NCBI GenBank assembly: GCA_021613535.1
Contig: CP075492.1
Coordinates: 14,570,001-14,634,000, forward strand
Source: Adineta vaga
Taxonomy: Eukaryota; Animalia; Rotifera
DNA length: 64,000 bases
Direction: 5' to 3'
The translations under genes were made by a program, and so were the position numbers. A model generated the notes under the pieces. It did not search any database. It had not been told where the DNA came from and was given only the letters and a program-made list of their open reading frames with translations. This document shows, in pieces, positions 61,555-64,000 of this stretch. Every line of letters starts with the position of its first letter. The stretch's first letter is position 1.

Positions 61555-63427
61555 ATGAGAAATAATTTCGATCAGTAAGTCTCAATCAATCAATTATCTT
61601 CTCAAAAAATGACTTTCTCTTCGGAATAGTTCGAATAGAGAATCATCTATATCATGTTTAGATCGAAATCTTTTTGGTATTTGGTATTGTGAAGGTCATT
61701 TTGACGAAATTATGCGCAGTGAGATGAAAAAGCGTCTGAATATATTGTTTGATTATACTCGTATATTCACTGATTTACTTGATTTTATTCAATATATTAC
61801 GCAACCGTTGACAGCAAAGGAAATATTTTTTATTCTTACTGGTCAAAATGCTCAATACTTATTCTCTACAGCTACAAAACGTTTACAGTATCCACGAGTG
61901 TATCGATTCCAACCAGCTCCATCATCTAATAATGATCCTGATATATTTACGGATATTAATGAATTATTTAGAAAATTATCTGAAGATATCAATGCTTATA
62001 TAGCAAGCAATGAATACTTCTCTACTTCTGACTCTTCATCAACAGATTGTCGTGAATCAATCGTTCCACCTCCATGGACTGTATGCAATTCGAAAGCACT
62101 AGAGAAATCATTTCAGTCTTGGAACAAAGAAACTCCTGAATTTTTTCTTTTCCAAGCACTAACTAAGATCCTTACACGAATGAAATGTGATCCAGTTCGA
62201 TCTCTTGAGGAAATGTTTGCAGAATGTCGTATACATTATATGGGTGATCCAAAAGTAGTAGGAAAAATTGATGCAATTCAGAACAACTATCATTCTGATC
62301 ATGTTATTCGATATTATACGGAAGATTCGTTTTTCTTTCGATCGATTGGACGAGCATTTCGATCAGAAGATTTCGAGCGTATTTTTATTTTTCGTCGTTC
62401 TATCATTGATCTTCATAGTGAACTTGATAAGCTGATTAGACAGCAAGGAAGTGTACATAAAACACTCCGATTATATCGAGGAAAGAAGATATCTACTACT
62501 GTTCTACAACAACTACAAGATAGTATTGGTGCTTTATTATCTATGAATGGATTTTTATCGACGACACACAACCAAGAAATGGCTATTAAATTCTTTGCAG
62601 GTGCTGATCAGAATCGATCTGGTTATGAAAGTGTACTTTTCCAATTTGAGATTGATCAGGCAAATATTACTAGAACTTATGCTGATATATCTACGATGAG
62701 TAACATGCCAGAAGAAGAAGAAGTCTTATTCAGTATTGGATCAATATGGCGAATTGTAACGATTGAAAAGGCAGTGGATTCCTCTTTCTGGACTATCGAT
62801 TTAATCGCTTGTAGTGATGCAGATTTAAGAATCATTCAGTTTTTTGAGGAACTTCCAGATAATTCAACGCTATTGATGCTTGGTGATGTTTTACGTGAAT
62901 TAGGACAACATACAAAAGCCGAAAAATTTTACAATCAAATGCTAAGCGAACAAACAATCAGCGATGAAATACGATTTATTCTTTATTATAATATTGCGAT
63001 TATAAATATGGAACAAGAAAAATCTGATGTAGCATTAGAAAATTTCCATAAAGCAGAAAAATTGCTTTCTTCAAAACCAGTCAATCCAACTTTGTGGAAT
63101 CCTCGACCATTGTATTGTCCCAGTGCAACACCATCTTCAATTCATGTTTTAAATAATATGGGACTTTTGTATCAGAAGAAAGGTGAACTAGACAATGCTC
63201 TAATATATTATACTCAAGCGTTAGAAGATAAACAAAGTGATCGAATAGATCAAGCGACAGTGAACGACAATATTGGATTAATATATTATAGAAAAGGAGA
63301 ATATAAAAACGCTTTGGAATTTCTTTCAAATGCAGTTAAACTTGCTCAAGATCATGCATCGTTAGCTCAATTCAAAAATCATTATGATGATGTTCATAAT
63401 ATTTTATTTGTTCAAAAGACTTCTTAG
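61555..63427 (+). CDS. Receiver-like + ART + TPR protein; probable 2 exons (61555-61574, 61630-63427)
   Basis: LYRG, FLSTT and EEEVLF intact; C-terminal TPRs; 55-nt intron 61575-61629 in frame. Confidence 0.85.
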
Positions 63428-63829
63428 ATCAAAGATTAGAACGATTCATTTATAGATGTTGACAGTCAGAAAAAGAAACTTCTTCAGTGACATATTACTC
63501 TTCTCTAATCAAAATGAAATCTTTTTCTGCAATGAAATTTCAGCGAATATTCAAAAAATGAATTGCGTTAAAATAATCTGCATAAGTTATTGCTATGAAA
63601 GTTTACATTTATTTTCTTCTTCAGAATAAAGAAGAAAATTGAGAGCAACTATCATGTAATCATTCGATGTAAAGATATCACCTTTTCACTGCGACCGTAT
63701 AAGAACATGAGAAAGTGCTGAGGCCACCTATATTCTGTTTACCGCTTGGGGGCGGACGTAGTATATATATATACTATCAGTAGTATTTTTCACGATTTTC
63801 TGTTGATATATATTTTTAATCAATGAAAA

Positions 63830-63899
63830 GGGTGTGGGTGGGCATGGGCGTGGCTAAAAAAGAGGCATCCAAATCTACACACACCCACACCCACGCCCA
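63830..63899. repeat. Inverted GGGTGT/ACACCC telomere-like repeat pair
   Basis: gggtgtgggtgggcatgggcgtggc, a 23-nt spacer, then cacacacccacacccacgccca. Confidence 0.7.
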
Positions 63900-63900
63900 A

Positions 63901-64000
63901 AAAACATTCAAGAGTTGATTAAAGTAATGAATTATACGGTAAACAACCTACTCTTAGACTACGAATACTTAAAACTGGTGATCCGCAACGTGTTGTTTTC
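63901..64000 (-). pseudogene. Truncated duplicate of exon 1 of the 40900-45067 membrane gene (continues beyond the window)
   Basis: 95/100 identical to 44114-44213. Homology ends abruptly at the telomere-like element. Confidence 0.8.

Noticed and set aside
1-64000. Prokaryotic origin or contamination suggested by bacterial-like genes
   Set aside because: These genes are interleaved with spliceosomal-intron genes and metazoan-type families at similar AT-rich composition; no rRNA, tRNA or CRISPR array was recognised.

Overview
AT-rich eukaryotic genomic DNA with short (~50-60 nt) GT-AG introns. Gene families, intron style and apparently foreign genes most resemble a bdelloid rotifer (Adineta/Rotaria-like); this is an inference from sequence features only. 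The window is dominated by ADP-ribosylation genes. There are nine genes with an R-S-E-type mono-ADP-ribosyltransferase (ART) domain: seven carry N-terminal receiver-like alpha/beta domain(s) plus C-terminal TPRs, and two of those are catalytically degenerate. A separate ~2,000-codon multi-exon gene (13072-19499) fuses zinc fingers, a bacterial-type PARG macrodomain, ~15 PBZ-like fingers and a DarT-like ART fold; it is interrupted by two in-frame TAA codons. At 46.7-63.4 kb a co-oriented, tightly spaced cluster alternates intact and degenerate AIG1/GIMAP GTPases and ART-TPR genes. Candidate horizontally acquired genes are an APH-family kinase, an S9 peptidase, an OCH1-like GT32 pseudogene and a CYP86/704-like P450. 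Also present are several pseudogenes, a TIR element in an intron, a piggyBac remnant, a telomere-like inverted repeat and a partial duplication. All exon structures were reconstructed by hand from GT/AG sites and reading-frame continuity; no database searches were run.
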